Positions 26,028 through 39,807 are shown, counted from the stretch's first letter. The stretch is DNA of 64,000 nt from Paramecium tetraurelia (GCA_000165425.1 CT868070.1:62001-126000), one strand, 5' to 3'. A program made the numbers and translations. Notes: a model not told the origin generated them from the sequence alone.

Positions 26028-26519
26028 ATGTTTACTTTATTATTTATACCATTTGTTGATGCTCTATTCTCCAACTTCGAGTACGTCTACGTGACATCCT
26101 AATTGGAATATTCTGCATACACATTCAAAGGTGTCATAACTGTGATTCCACAAACAAACAACATCCTATTATGGAAATGTCATGATCTAGAAGAAGCAAT
26201 CCCAAATATTTCATTCACTCTTCTTGAAAACGGAACCATTTTGAAGCTAAACGACTTTAATCTCTAGTACGAATATGAAGTCAAACCAAACCCTCAATTT
26301 ATCTTCACATACTAGGACTCCACGTAAGGAAATTTGGTAATAGATTATATAACATACAAAAATCCAGAATATGCACTCCAACTAAAAGAAATTGTAGATC
26401 GAGTGATTATCGACGAATACACTGTTGATTGGGATACTGTTCATTACAATTTGAATAATCTCTAAGACAATCTAGTGTAGTTTTGTAAGAAACATTAAGA
26501 TTATAAAACAGAGTTGTGA
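26028..26519 (+). CDS. Small putative ER-lumenal protein (signal peptide, C-terminal KTEL)
   Basis: MFTLLFIPFVDA...DYKTEL-TGA, 163 aa, intronless. Confidence 0.75.
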
Positions 26520-26545
26520 ATTATAATAATCAAACCAAATAAATA

Positions 26546-27704
26546 TCATGATCCTCTTTCAATTATCTTCGCCTTCACTTTATCAACCAATTCCAACTCC
26601 TATTTTCTCACTTGAGTTGCCTTCTCATATTCTGATGCGAAATCGTTGCACATTCTTGTAGCACTGTCAAAGATTTCTCCATTTCTCACCTAAAAGAGTC
26701 TACTCCTATTAAAATACCTTCTTTCCTCTGGCACTGTCAATTATGGCTGATTGCTAGTCTTAACAAATATCCATAGTGGTAATGTGATCTCTCAATTTGT
26801 TCTCAGTTCTCTTCAAATTATTGTAATATTCAACTAAATGAACTCTTCTGTCATCATATTCTTATATTGATTGGTCTTCCTCTTCAGAAATCTTCTACAA
26901 ATTAGTATACAAATTTTATTCCAAGTTTTGCAATAATTACTTAAGTCTTTCAAATACTTCAATGTATCTACAAATTTAGTGCATTATTCATACCCTCCAT
27001 TCTAAGTTAACATCTAGGCGAAGATGCTAGAAATTTGACTCATTATGTTTGTTGTCTTCAATTTTACTGCATCTTAGATCATTCTCAATGAAATCTCAGA
27101 CATTTAAGCTAATGAAGCACCTCCTGATTAGAAACTATCCAAGATCTTCAAACTTTCTTAAATTGATCTTAAAGCATCGATGTGATCCTATTTCTTTGCA
27201 TTATAGTTTGTGGCACCAGCTTGTCTAATTGAATCCAAAATCTTGATGTCGGTATCAGTAGCCTTTAAATAATTATTTTCTTCATACTTTTTGGCTATCT
27301 AAGTTGTTATCGAGTTCAGCATCAGCCTTCTTCTTAGAAGTAGAACAATTTTCATATTACTCAGTTGCTCTGTTCAATACTTATTCTGCATCTTTCACAT
27401 CCTTGGTTCTCAATTCTAATTCAGCATTGCATTGATTTCTTTGATCTGTGTATAATTGATCATGTCTGATTTATTCAGAATCTATTGAAGCTCTAAGATT
27501 GGACAAGAAGTTCACGGCTGTATCAATTGATCCACCTGATGATAATTTGCTCTCCAATTCTGTCAAGATACTCACGAGAGTTGGCTTGCTTTTACCAATG
27601 ATTGGATATCTAGTCTAATTTGATATAGGCTACCTATTGGTTAGATCACCGGCTAATGCTTTACCTGCCAACAATAACACTAGAGTCACAGCAATTACTT
27701 TCAT
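26546..27704 (-). CDS. Trichocyst matrix protein / granule lattice family precursor
   Basis: Signal peptide MKVIAVTLVLLLAGKALA; GGSIDTAVNFLSNLRASIDSEQIRHD, paired Cys in two coiled-coil halves; several tiny introns. Confidence 0.85.
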
Positions 27705-27750
27705 AATTATATTATAAAAAAAACGGATTATTATAATATAATTTCATTAA

Positions 27751-29203
27751 TCAAAAAAGTTATTAATAAAATAAGATATCACCTTGTTGTTATTACACAT
27801 CGATCATATTTGCTTATTTGATTCTTTAATCATTAAACAACCACCATTTTTGTTATCTTCTTACCAAATGAATAATAATGTCCTTATTCTAAAGAACCAG
27901 AGTGAACAATTACTCCAATCAATTTGTATTCGGTATTACAGAAATTGGATTCAATTGAGAATTTGATCTGCTGAGTTATTTTAGTCTATTTAGGAAAAAA
28001 CTTAAATCTCTTCAAGTGCAATATTAAATATCTGGGTAAATTGGTTATTCTTGTTTTCTTGATTGCTATATTTTTCTTATGACAATTATCACATTTATAA
28101 TCCTAGATTAATTCATCTTTCAAAAACTCTTCTAAAGATTGATTTACAGTAGATACTTTTGTTAAAGCTAATGATAAAGTCAGAAACTCTTCTGTGATTA
28201 CAGATTTATGCTTACATTTCTTACAAATTAACTCACTTACTATCTACCCTTTTAGATACTTCCTTACGACATTCTCCAATTTTGGTTACTATTTCTTTTC
28301 GTATTCCTTGTTTACTTCTATGATTTCATCCTCTATCATCATTATCAAGTATAAGAGAAACTCCTACGCATCATGCTAAAACTTTGGATTGAACTTCTTG
28401 CTTATCATCGTTCTCAGATTGTTTATTTTGATATAATCACTCTGAGCATCTCGTATTTATAGTAACATCTCCTTATAGCATTGACAATATAACATTTTCT
28501 ATCCATTATGTCTATTAATACTGTTTAATATAAAATGATTCAATTCTTGAATGCACATTAAACACTAAAGGATAGAGTGCATATAACAGAAGAATAACTC
28601 ATTCTTCAGCCCTTTGATTGGTATTTCAGATGGAAGCTCCTATTGCGATGCACTCGACATCATGCTAATGTCAGCTGATTTGGCTCTCTCCGTCGTTGAT
28701 GAAATTGCCGATACTGGAGAAGGAGGCACCTTATCCTCCAAGATTTCAGGACCCCCACCGTACTCCTCAAGCAAAAACCTCCACACTGTATCAGTCAATA
28801 CAAAATAATCTCTATTACGAATTGGCTCTTTGATTTATAATAAGGGCGTGTTATCAATTGGACCTGGTAAGGTATTAGAGTTTTCGTAAAGGTAATTGGT
28901 ATACTTCAAAGCCCAAGTTTCATTCAATCTGTAGCAAACAGGTTCTTAATTCTTTTTTACGTTGACTAATCTTTTTATAAGTTAGCATTCCAATTCCCTT
29001 TTATTATTTCCTTGAGCACACCTAAATTATAATAACAAAGGTAAAATTTGTGGAGCTTCCATAGAAAATGATGGGGCTTTTTTAGGAGGAAATTATGGCA
29101 CATGCTGATTGATGGAGCTGCTTGTTTTATATTATTTATTACATTACTTATCCTCCTCGTTGAGATTCTCGCTATTATTGTCAGTGTCTTTAAATTGTTG
29201 CAT
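27751..29203 (-). CDS. Ubiquitin-specific protease (DUSP + USP/C19 domain); +1 frame break near 27849
   Basis: DUSP PGPIDN...YGGGPEI; Cys box GLKNELFFCYMHSILQCL; QHDAQEFL; LHLKRF; His box VHSGSLEQGHYY; WWLFND lies in the next frame. Confidence 0.9.
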
Positions 29204-30500
29204 AATAATATATAAATATAATAACAAATAAACATAGTAACTAAAAAAAATATACTTATTTTCTAAATATACACATACAGACATACAATTTCAGATTGAA
29301 TTTAACTTATTTTGTTAATCATTTATTCTTCCATTTATAACAACCCTTGTGATAGACAATCCACTTGTGTAATCTAATATTAAATATTTATTATCACTTA
29401 AAAATATGAATAGAAAATGATATTATAATTGCTATTTATGAGCCAAATGAATTTGAAAAATGTTTATAAAATTGATAATTGAGATATATTTTCAATATAT
29501 ACAATTATGGGCTAATACCTCATAATTTTATTTCAGAAAAATTCAATATTTCTCAATTCATAATTTTTTCTAGTGAGATGTTACAATTAATTAAAATCTC
29601 AATCTTTATCTTTATCTTTACCTTTAGAGATTGATAGATAATTTATTCTATTTTAATAACATAGCTAAAAGTTAATATTTATTGTATAGAATGTAATCAC
29701 ACACTATATATTAATTAATAAGATGCTTTTTCTATAACAATTAAAATATTCGAAGCTGATTAAGTTGTTTTCCACAATCAAATTATTATATACCCTGATG
29801 AAAGTTAAAAATATTGTTATTCTCAGGGACAGAAAGCGGTGTCATTCTTTTATGACATTAAGATTTGAAAATTAATATAAAAAATTTAAATGAAAAAACA
29901 AATATACTTTTTACCCCATTTTCTTTGCAATTCCATGCCTTGATGACATATGGTTTAAATATCAACGGATTTTGAAAAGAAAGAGAGAGCAGAAAAAAAT
30001 AATAGACCTTTATAAACCAAACTCATAAAAGATGAGTTTGTGGATAATACAAAAATTGATCAAAGAAAAATGGTTCATTCCAATGTTTCTGAAATTTTAT
30101 TCAACTAATCTTAGTTTAAAAAAGTATCATTGTAAATAAAGATATAGTGTAATCACTTAATATACATTGAGATTGAATAAATACTAAATATAGACACCTT
30201 TTTGAGCTATTTGGTATCAATTCAATTGCAATTATATATTGATGCTCTTTAGATTTAAAAATTTATTGCTTAAAGTGTTTTTTATTGAATGTAAAATAAA
30301 AGTCTATAATTTTTAGAATTTAAATATAATTATTCTAGGATCCTAAATTTGAGAATTGCTAAGTTAAGACCTATAGTTAAGATAGTAAAGAATAGTTTTG
30401 AAATACAAACAGGTATTTATTTAAATATTTAATTATAAAGTGATCTGAGTTAAGAAAGAACAAAATCAAAATATTATGAGTTTATAATCCTTACTATAAA

Positions 30501-32032
30501 TCATAATCTCTTTTTGCATTATAGAGATTTTTTTACAGATTAGATATTTGAGGTCTAACTAAAATTTTGGAATTCTTAGATATCTTTATGGTATTCTTTT
30601 GTCATTGTCCATTTAGACAGGTTTTCTTTATAAGTAATTGAAAAGAGCTTGTGTTTTAGTAATTCTTGAGGAGATGGTCGTTTATGTGGATCCTATTCCA
30701 GTAATTATCTGATGAAATCACATAAGACAGAATCAAAAATATTAAGTCTGGTGAGATCAAGTTTATTATTTGTATGATTTATTGACATTTCTTACTAGGT
30801 TTTACCAAAAGGGTTGTGTCCAAGTAATCTAATGCTAAATTGAACATAGTACAATTGAAATAAGGAAATGCCAGCTTGATAAACATTTGATTTGGTTGTT
30901 AATTTGTAATTAATCTTAAAGTATTCTGGAGGAGAATACCCAATGTTTACACATCTGAATAAGGAGGAATAATTACATTCTTCTTTCTTCATTGTTCTAT
31001 TAATAGTAAGCCTAGTAATAGGAAACCAGAACTATATCTTAAGTGTTTGGATTGATGTAAAGATTTTTTAAATCAAGACTGGGATGTATTACACCCTTTT
31101 CGTCTAGAGTCAATAATACTATAAAGTTTATAGTCTAATAATTTACATAGTACTAATTAATTTGATACATGAGAGATAAAACATTGGTTGTCCAATTAAG
31201 TGTGATTATAATATTGAGATAATTTTATTAAATCTTTTTTTGAATAAATGTAAGAATAATTCTCTCCATCGTGATACAGAGCATCTACATAAATCAGATG
31301 AGGTGTAGAATTGATATGTAAGTCTTTTATAATTTAAATTTCTTAAGGTAAAACTTTCTCCCCATCTAATGTAGCCTAAGAATAGAAAGAAATATCTAAG
31401 CTATCGTTCATTTGACCCAATATGACATGTTCATAGTACTACTTTAGTTTTGAAGAGTCGAATATGGATTTCAACTAATAAATAAAAATTCTTCATTTAC
31501 CTGGTAATCGTGCCTCTCTTTGATAATTTAAAGTGTTTTATTAGATGTTCCCTTTCTAAAGATGTACTTTCCAGAACAAAATTTATAAATGACATACAAA
31601 TCTTCGGCACTTCCATATATATAAAATTTAGACTCTCCATTTTCAATTATAAAAAATAGATTTCCAAGATGTCCAGCATTGCATTCTTATAGAAAGTTAT
31701 TCCAATCCATTAAAATGGAGTTGTTCCAAAACTAAAACACCAAAATGAGCCTATTTACAGGATCCTATCTTAAATTCATTAATTTACCACTATTTTCAAT
31801 CCCACAGACATTTCTTGAATGCTAACAAACTTTGAATTATACTCTGATTTCATAAATTAGTCCATTGATAAATCAGGTTATTGCCTAAACAATATTTATA
31901 TTTTTTAATTACAAGATACGTAAAGTTTATAATTTCTTTGTTTTCTATATTATCATCTACTTTTGTTCTTGAACACGCATCTATCACATCCCTTGTTGGT
32001 AAAACAGAGTCAAATATTTTTAAAAACAACAT
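30501..32032 (-). CDS. Pseudokinase with PH-like N-terminal region
   Basis: VIHPSLDLKNLY replaces HRDLKPEN, no DFG, NIGYSPPE, KSNVYQAG, GHNPF, QDPHKRPSPQELLKH; about six small introns (first 35 nt). Confidence 0.75.
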
Positions 32033-33798
32033 TTATTTTAATATTAGAATGTTTCTGTGTTCTAAGAATGTATTAGAATCAATTATAATCTAATGATAAA
32101 AATTTATAATTAGATTTGATTTCTAATAATTTTAAAATTATGACGTACCTATTATATTATCTTCAAAGTCTTGAATACCTTATCAAAGGCTATAGATATA
32201 TACAAACAATGGAATCAAACAAGATTATTCTGATTAGGTGCTTTCTAAACAGTAAAATTAGTATAAAAAGAAAGTAAATATTTCCGAATTTTTGCTACCT
32301 TAACACTAGCAAAACCTCTTTTCTAACAGGACATCTTATAGAGAATACAATTGTTGATATCTAAAAGACTTCTTTTAATTATTAGATATAGAATTCGCTC
32401 GTTGTTTTATTATTGATAAATTGATCGCAAATATGAATAATCTTCATTTGAATCTCAACCAATATCATTTTTATTATTAATTTAGTTTAGTTTTCTTTCA
32501 GCTTGACTAAGAGATTCAAATGTGTTGTAAATAATGACTTTCTTTACTTGATGCTGCCAAATACCTTGGTCGACTCTTGAATTAAAAATTATTAATTATT
32601 TCTAAGAAATCTGAGAGAAATCAACCAGAAATATACTACACCTACAATCTTTCAAGGTATATAGTTAATATATTTCAGGAATTGACATTCTAGAAATAGA
32701 AATTATATACTGTTTATATTTCAAGTCCAGATATAATCTTAGATTCCAGTAATTCTTTAAACTTATTACTTGTCTAGAACCTTCATAAGTTACTACAATA
32801 GATAATCTTAATGTAAAATTTCTAATCAATTATTAATCTAAGAGATGGAAAATTACTATGTCTAGTTGTTAATTTGTGAAATCTAACTGCAGAAATACGA
32901 AAGTGATGATTATTGCATCCAAGTTCTTAGTTTAGTAAAAGTAATTTCAATTTTAAATTCCATCTTCTGAATAATTAAAAGGATAATTACTTTAATGCTA
33001 ATACATAAATAGATTTAAAGAATCAATAAAGAATGATAAAATTAATCTTAAACTTCTGTTTGTTCTATTTCACTTTTGTATTTTCTAATAATATTGAAAA
33101 AAAACAAAATATAATTAATCAAATTAAAAGTTGAGTCTTATCCAAAAGAATAAATAGTGAAGGTTATTTTTTAGCTTATACTTTAATCCATCAATTTTAA
33201 TGTTCCCTGCAGATTTCACCAAATCACATTTATATTAATAAATTATATGAAAAGTTATGATTCCTTAGTTATAAAATTAATTCATCATTTAATTTTTAAT
33301 CATGGCCTAATTGTTGTTAACATGATTGCATATTATTTCCGTATTCATCTTCTTCATCATTTTAGTCAGTTTTGATTAGTAGAAATCAAACTTATCAATT
33401 CATCAATTATTCCTTTAGGCATATCAATATATATTATTATGAATTACCATTTAATTATATTATTCTTAAATATTCTGTAGTTATTGAGGACATAGTGAAT
33501 TAGCTTTTTTATTGATTTATCAAACTCATATAAAAAAATTAAAAAATTAGACAATATCCTTAGGTCTATTGAGCAATCTAAAATTAATACGAAATTAAAC
33601 ATATTGACTCTTGGAAATCAATCTTAATTTCTATGAATCTGGTAGTTCGAAATATGTTTCACTCATAAGAACAATTTTAAACCAGAAAAAACTAAATAAA
33701 GAATATAAGTTTTTTTCAAATTCTCTAACAAATATCAAATTTGTGATAATGACTGAATAGCTTTCATGTTATTTTAATTACAAAAATTAATAATAAAA

Positions 33799-34815
33799 TC
33801 ATAAAATTTATTTACATAAACTTATTTCTCCTTCGTCTTAATCTTGTTCCTTTGATAAGTGATCCAAATGAGTTTGGATAAACTATTTAAATTCTTGATC
33901 ATTTTGCACTTTTAACAAAATTACTGAGCATGATAGGTATTATATTCTTAGATCAGAGGTTTTAATAGATGTATCAAAAATGAATTTCTTTGCGTAACCA
34001 AAAAAATTCAATGACACCAATATTTATTTGACTATGCCTTTATACTTCGTATTTTCAGGAAGTTCATTACATTTTAATAGTTCATCATTGATATCTGTTG
34101 TTAGATTATAATTCTTTTTATCCTATTATTTTAAGGTTTATCCAGCAGTATTTGAAAACTTGGATAAATCATGATAGATTTTATGTAATTCGTCATCATA
34201 ATATAATAGATCTCTGAACATGTTTGCAATTTTCTCAATACATCTATTTGAGTCTAAATGATTTAATAATATTTATATTCCATTCATATCGATGAATTTC
34301 CTTTTATTATTTAAGCATTCCCCTCTTATCATGCTCGAAATTGCACTTATAAGATGCTCCTTTACTTTTAGATTAACAATTTTCTCTATTTCTTGTACAA
34401 TTTTAAGATAATTATGTTATCCACAATACTCTTAAACAAAAGCGTTGTTTTGATTACAATTTGCAATAATCTTTAGGGTTTATAATTTGATTGAATCAAA
34501 TTTGGTAGTCTAATAATAATTGAACATTAGATTCAACCCACCAATTTTACAAAAATCATTAGCTCTATCCAAAGCATCTAATAGTTCCATTAATTAATCA
34601 AACCATTCCAAACGTTATTCTTCTTCATTCTCTTATTCAGGTTTAGCTATTTTATCTAGCAGGTCTTTTATCATTTAAAATTCATCTACAGAATAGCTTT
34701 ACAATGCTTCAGTTAACCATTTTTTAGTCTCTTCATCCATTGGCTTAATGGAGGTATCAAATTTCTCTCCCTTCTTTTAATCTATTGACCAAGCAAGTAA
34801 TCCAGTCCAATCCAT
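33799..34815 (-). CDS. FES1: Hsp70 nucleotide exchange factor, Fes1/HspBP1 family
   Basis: MDWTGLLAWSI...MDEETKKWLTEAL, LDRANDFCKIGG, NCNQNNAFVQ and armadillo-like repeats. Confidence 0.9.
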
Positions 34816-34992
34816 TTTCTTTATTTATTTTATTAGAATATATAATATTTATAATTTAAAGGTCATTATAATGAATTCTAGAATATTCTCTTAAATAGAA
34901 TATCAAAAATTGTTCTAGAACTAATTGTGCATGAAATATATTAATAGATGTTAACTTCTGTATTATAAACTTAATAAATTGATAAAAATAAG

Positions 34993-36733
34993 TCAAACAT
35001 CATCATCACCATATTTTTTAATTAATTCTTTTAAAAATGGATTATTTTGCTATAAATGATATGAGAATATTACATCTGTTTTTGATTCTTTTTCAAGTTT
35101 TGGATTGTTGACATCTGAGTTTCCTAATTCAATAAATTATTCTTTTTTTTTAATGGGGTCTGGACTGCTTTGTCTTACTGGTTTTGTTGAAGTTGGCAAT
35201 GCAGCAGCCAAGGAAGTTTTATATGAGGCAGGTATTTTGGCAACATCTTATTTGGAATGTGCAACTGCTTTGTCCATTTATTTTCTCCTAATTTCTTTTT
35301 CTAATCTTTCCTGTCTTTCTTTATTAGTTTCATATTATCCTAGTTCTGGGCTATTAGATCTTTATCTTTCTTTTTCTTTTTGTTTCTCTTTTTTTTACTT
35401 TTCTTTTTCTTTTTCTTTCTCCTTGTCTTTCTTTTTATCCTTCTTCCTTTTGTGTTCCTTTTAAGATTTATGTTTATTTTTCTTTTTCTTATGACTCTTA
35501 CGTCTACTTTTACTTCTACTACTGCTACTTTTACTACTACTAGAGGTTGATCTTTTCTTCTTTTTAGATTTAGATCTAGATGGTGATTTTTATTAAATCA
35601 CTTCTTAAGGCAATTAGATTTAACCTTCTTGCATTCCTTCAGTAATCATTTAAGCAATATATAATCTTTATTCATCATTTTTAGGGATGAATTCAATTTC
35701 TCCTAAGCTTACTCGTTCCATTACTTCTTCAAATTAGATATTAAGATATGTGCCATCAACGCTTTCTATTTTACCCACATGCCATTCATCATCTTTTTAT
35801 GAGATTGCTCTCACTGAGACTCCTGGTTATAATAATGCCATGATTCTTTGATTTATGTTTCTCCTTTGTCTCTTCTCTTAAGACAACAATATTTTCGCTT
35901 ATATAATAGTATCAATCTGTTATGGGATACGAGGCAATCGAGTATTATAATAATTCAAGTCTGTAAGTAATCTCTCACAAAAATCTCCAATCGTAATGTT
36001 TTCATCTTTGGAGGGTTTGAATTCTAATATTTTCAATTGAATTACCTTATTCATCCAAAATATATCGCTTCATCCATCCCCATAAAAAATTAGGATCCAA
36101 CGAATATCTTAAATATAATAATCCTAAACATCTAACATATGGATTCAACTTCCAATCACATAAAATTTGTAATTATTTGACTATTTTCAGTATTCAATCT
36201 TGTATACCATTTAAATTCATGCTCATCAACTTATGTAAAATACAGAAGAACGATGATGGTACTCCTGGACCAGCCCAAGTGCCAACCGATGTAACAATCT
36301 TATCTGTCTCAGTGACAATGTCATTAATATCTCTAATCTATAATAATTCTTTGTAATATGGACATGTAAGTATATTTTATCTAACTAGTGAATTCATATT
36401 GCTGATTGCATTTTCTCCTCGACTTTCATTAAATTGTCACAAATACATCGGTATAATATTATCTCCTCTGTCTCCAACATCATAGTGATATTTATCCATA
36501 TTGATTGACTTCTCTTAGTATGTTGGTACTTCTTCCACAACAATTTTCTTACATTATCTAATCATTCAAATTTGTTACTACCTGCAAGTTTTGGAGTAAT
36601 TGTATTAATGAATTGGACATCTAATAGTTGGATTTGATTTCTCTAGAAGATTGGTTTGAAATTTGATTTCAGATTCTATCTTCTTATAACTTTCATATGC
36701 AGTCAACTTTTGATTTTTATCATTTTTACTCAT
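34993..36733 (-). CDS. PRP38B: Pre-mRNA splicing factor PRP38B-like, with CxxH/CxxC motif, Tudor-like domain and RS/K-rich tail
   Basis: NMNSLVRQNILTCPYYK, PSSFFCILHKL, NPYVRCLGLLYLRY, YYNTRLPRIP; Tudor-like segment ~35690-35830; SRSRSRR/K-rich tail. Confidence 0.9.
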
Positions 36734-36744
36734 ATTAATTTTAA

Positions 36745-37636
36745 TCAATCATTCAAATAAGCATCACTCAATTTCGGATTGATGTACACTGGCTACCCTT
36801 ATTTCTTCTTCCAAATATTGCATAGATTCCTCATCAACATACACACAGTCATTGGTCCCACACCTCCAGGAACAGGAGTAATAAGCGATGCCTAATTTTT
36901 GACTACATCAAAATCAACATCCCCAACAATCTTGCCTTTCTTTTCCCCTTATGAGATTCCAACATCAATTACTATTGCTCCTTACTTCACATTTCTAACT
37001 AGTTTGGGATGTCCAGCAGCACTTATTACAATATCTGCATTCATAATATGTTAATCTAAATTTAATGTTTCCCTATGACAAACTGTGACTGTGGCATTCC
37101 TTTTTTGTAACAACAATGACAATGGCATTCCGACTAAGAAGCTTCTACCTATCATGGTTACTCTCTTGCCAATCACATTAACATCATAATAATCTAAAAT
37201 CTATAATACAGCTGCTGGAGTGCATGGTAACATCTCACATAATTCTCCATAAACTAAAATCCTTTGTAAATTATGCATATGTAAACAATCCACATCTTTT
37301 TCATAGGGAATCGAATGTATGATATCCAATTTATTCAGATGTGGTGGTAATGGCAACTATTAATATTTTTATTTATTAAAATACTTACACTAATATACCA
37401 TCATGATTCATTTATTAGATATGCTTAATCAATTGCTCCTGTTCAACATTCTCTGAAAAATTAAATACTTCTGCATCAACATTGATTTCCTGACAAGCTT
37501 TAAGTTTCCTATTCACATAAGATTTAGAGGCTGGTGAATCTCCAACTAAACAGATTCCTAATTTTGGCTTTATTTTAGATGTTACACGAAGAGTCTATAA
37601 AATTGAATTCGCTAATTGATTACCATTAAAAATCAT
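36745..37636 (-). CDS. folD: Methylenetetrahydrofolate dehydrogenase/cyclohydrolase
   Basis: ASKSYVNRK, GILVQLPLP, EKDVDC, PCTPAA, GRSFLVGMP, VIDVGI, TPVPGGVGPMTV; one tiny intron. Confidence 0.97.
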
Positions 37637-37658
37637 TTTTAATTATTTTACTACCTAA

Positions 37659-38171
37659 ATGGAGAAGAGTAGAAAGGTTTCATTTTTTTAGAAGTATTTT
37701 TGTTGCGGAACCCAATCAGATATCTAAGAACCAAAAACAGCAACAAACACATATATTAAAACAACAACAATATCTGAATATTTGAATTCGAATGAGAAGG
37801 ATCCTTCGTTGTATTCCCTATACTTTGTGGATGGTTGTTATCAAGACAAGGTGAGAAAGATTAAAACGGAACATCCTCTTAAAGATTTGTTAATTAGTGA
37901 GACCCTTACAGAAATCACACATCTTTCATGTCCAATATGTTTCAGATATTTTAATTGTAAATTTGAATTTTGAGTATTTTAAGACATATTAACGTCATGT
38001 TGTTGTATCAATTAGATTTGCCATATATGTGCCTTAGAGTTTTAACGATCAAAGTGTCACTTCTGTTTAAATGAGATTTGCACATACAACGACGCAGATT
38101 CAACAACATAAAAAATATATACAGATTCATAGGGAATGCAATTAATAGCCTTGAAATTACAAAAACATTGA
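37659..38171 (+). CDS. Small RING-finger protein (Sip5/GW2/DA2-like Cys spacing)
   Basis: SCPICFRYFN...CC.N.ICHIC...KCHFC; one tiny intron ~37958-37983. Confidence 0.75.
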
Positions 38172-38215
38172 TTTTGTTATTTTTATCTACTAATTAATTA
38201 AATTTAAATTGAATT

Positions 38216-39768
38216 ATGTTATTCGAATACCCTCAACAACCTGCCTTTATTTAAAAATACGAACTCATCAAACACTTTTTTGTCTAACTTCAATAAGTAA
38301 GACAATGTGAATAAGGATCCAATCCATCTTCAAAAGTTGATAGGCAATAAGAATTCGATAAATAAAATTCAAAAGCATAAATAACTGAGGAATCCCTTAA
38401 GTATGATGATTCAACAACTTCCAGACAAGTACCAAAACAAAGAAGAGCTGTCTATATCACAAAGAAATCAGAATAAAGAAAGTCAAAAGAGATTGTCACT
38501 CTTCCGTATAGACCATCAGATATCATGATGATTGAATAATAAAAAGAAAAAATAGATCAATTTTGCTAGGATAATAAGATACTCTACGAAAATAAAAAAG
38601 AATGCATGTACATCATTAAGAGAGTGGCTAAGATGATTAAAAAACTAAAACAAAAAACATGTCAAGATCACTTGAATAGTATCGAGCATTTCATAATTGA
38701 AATTAAGAATTAAGGATGCTGAAATAGCAAAGAAGAATGAATGCATTCGATAAATAAGAGAAAAATACAATCAAATGATGAAAGTTATTGAAGAACATAC
38801 AATATAAGAAGAATAGCAATGGCAAGAAATCTAAGCATAATAAATTGAATTAGAAACATAGAATCTCTTTTTGAAAAAACTACTATCTGTAAATTTCAGC
38901 GACGAGTAAATAAAATAGTTAGAATAACAATAAAATGATGTAGAATTACAATTCTTTGATAATTTTTGTATCTCAAGAAAAGACTTAGACAAGTAAGCAA
39001 TTCTAGAATATGAAAAGATGTTGTAAAATAGAAAGTCTTAAATTGAACAATAATATGTTGATTGGAACATGGCTCAAATAAACTCACATTATTAAAATCA
39101 ATAGCCTATGCATCAACCTCTGTAGGATTTGTATGCTGAAGAAAAAGAAATGATGATGAAGAAATAATCTAATCAGCTTATGAGTCAGGAAGACAAACAG
39201 AGGATAATGGAAGATTTGATGAAACCCATTAATTCTTTCCAAGTAACAACAGATAAATGTCTAAGAAGTTAAACAAAAATAGTTGGACATCCTTTCTGGG
39301 TCCTCATCAAATAGTTCACTCTAAAAAAAACAATAATCAGATTAATCTCAATAATAGCCAAAGAAATTAGCCATAGATATTGATACTAAGGAAAGCATTC
39401 CTTAATCAATTGTAAATGATACTTAGGCGGAGAATAAGTTATCATCGAAAGAACAACTTTTGAGTTCTCTCAATCAGGGATGGGAAAAACTTATTTAAAA
39501 AACCTCTAATTAGAAAAGGTATTAGGACTATGATGAGGAAGGTGATTAGGTTATCACTTATAATCCTAAAAACCACATGTAAGATATAGAGTTTAAGAAT
39601 AGGTTTACAAATTCTCAAACAATTATGTATGAAGGTGATGATTATATGGAAGACGATGATGAAGATGATGTGCAGGTCTATTAAAACATTTTTAATTAAC
39701 AGAGTAAATAATTACAAAAGCCTACTCTTACTAAAACACAAAAGAATTAAGAACTATAATATTAGTGA
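38216..39768 (+). CDS. Hypothetical coiled-coil protein with acidic tail
   Basis: MLFEYPQQPAFIQKY start, Q/E/K-rich middle, EDDDEDD tail, TGA 39766-39768; internal exon structure not fully resolved. Confidence 0.6.
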
Positions 39769-39807
39769 TGTTGTTATGATTGACTAATTTTGTATTTAAA
39801 AAGAATA

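Noticed and set aside
29793..29860. CCCTGA...TCAGGG and TGTCAT...ATGACA stems with CTGATGA and GAAA (hammerhead- or snoRNA-like)
   Set aside because: Stem II closing pair and stems I/III of a hammerhead cannot be formed; no properly placed C and D box pair.
35105..35464. F/S/L-rich 'membrane' ORF on the + strand
   Set aside because: Antisense shadow of the K/E/R-rich tail of PRP38B.
36745..37636. Horizontal transfer of bacterial-like folD
   Set aside because: Stand-alone FolD is common in eukaryotes; the gene has host codon usage and an intron, and origin cannot be judged without phylogeny.
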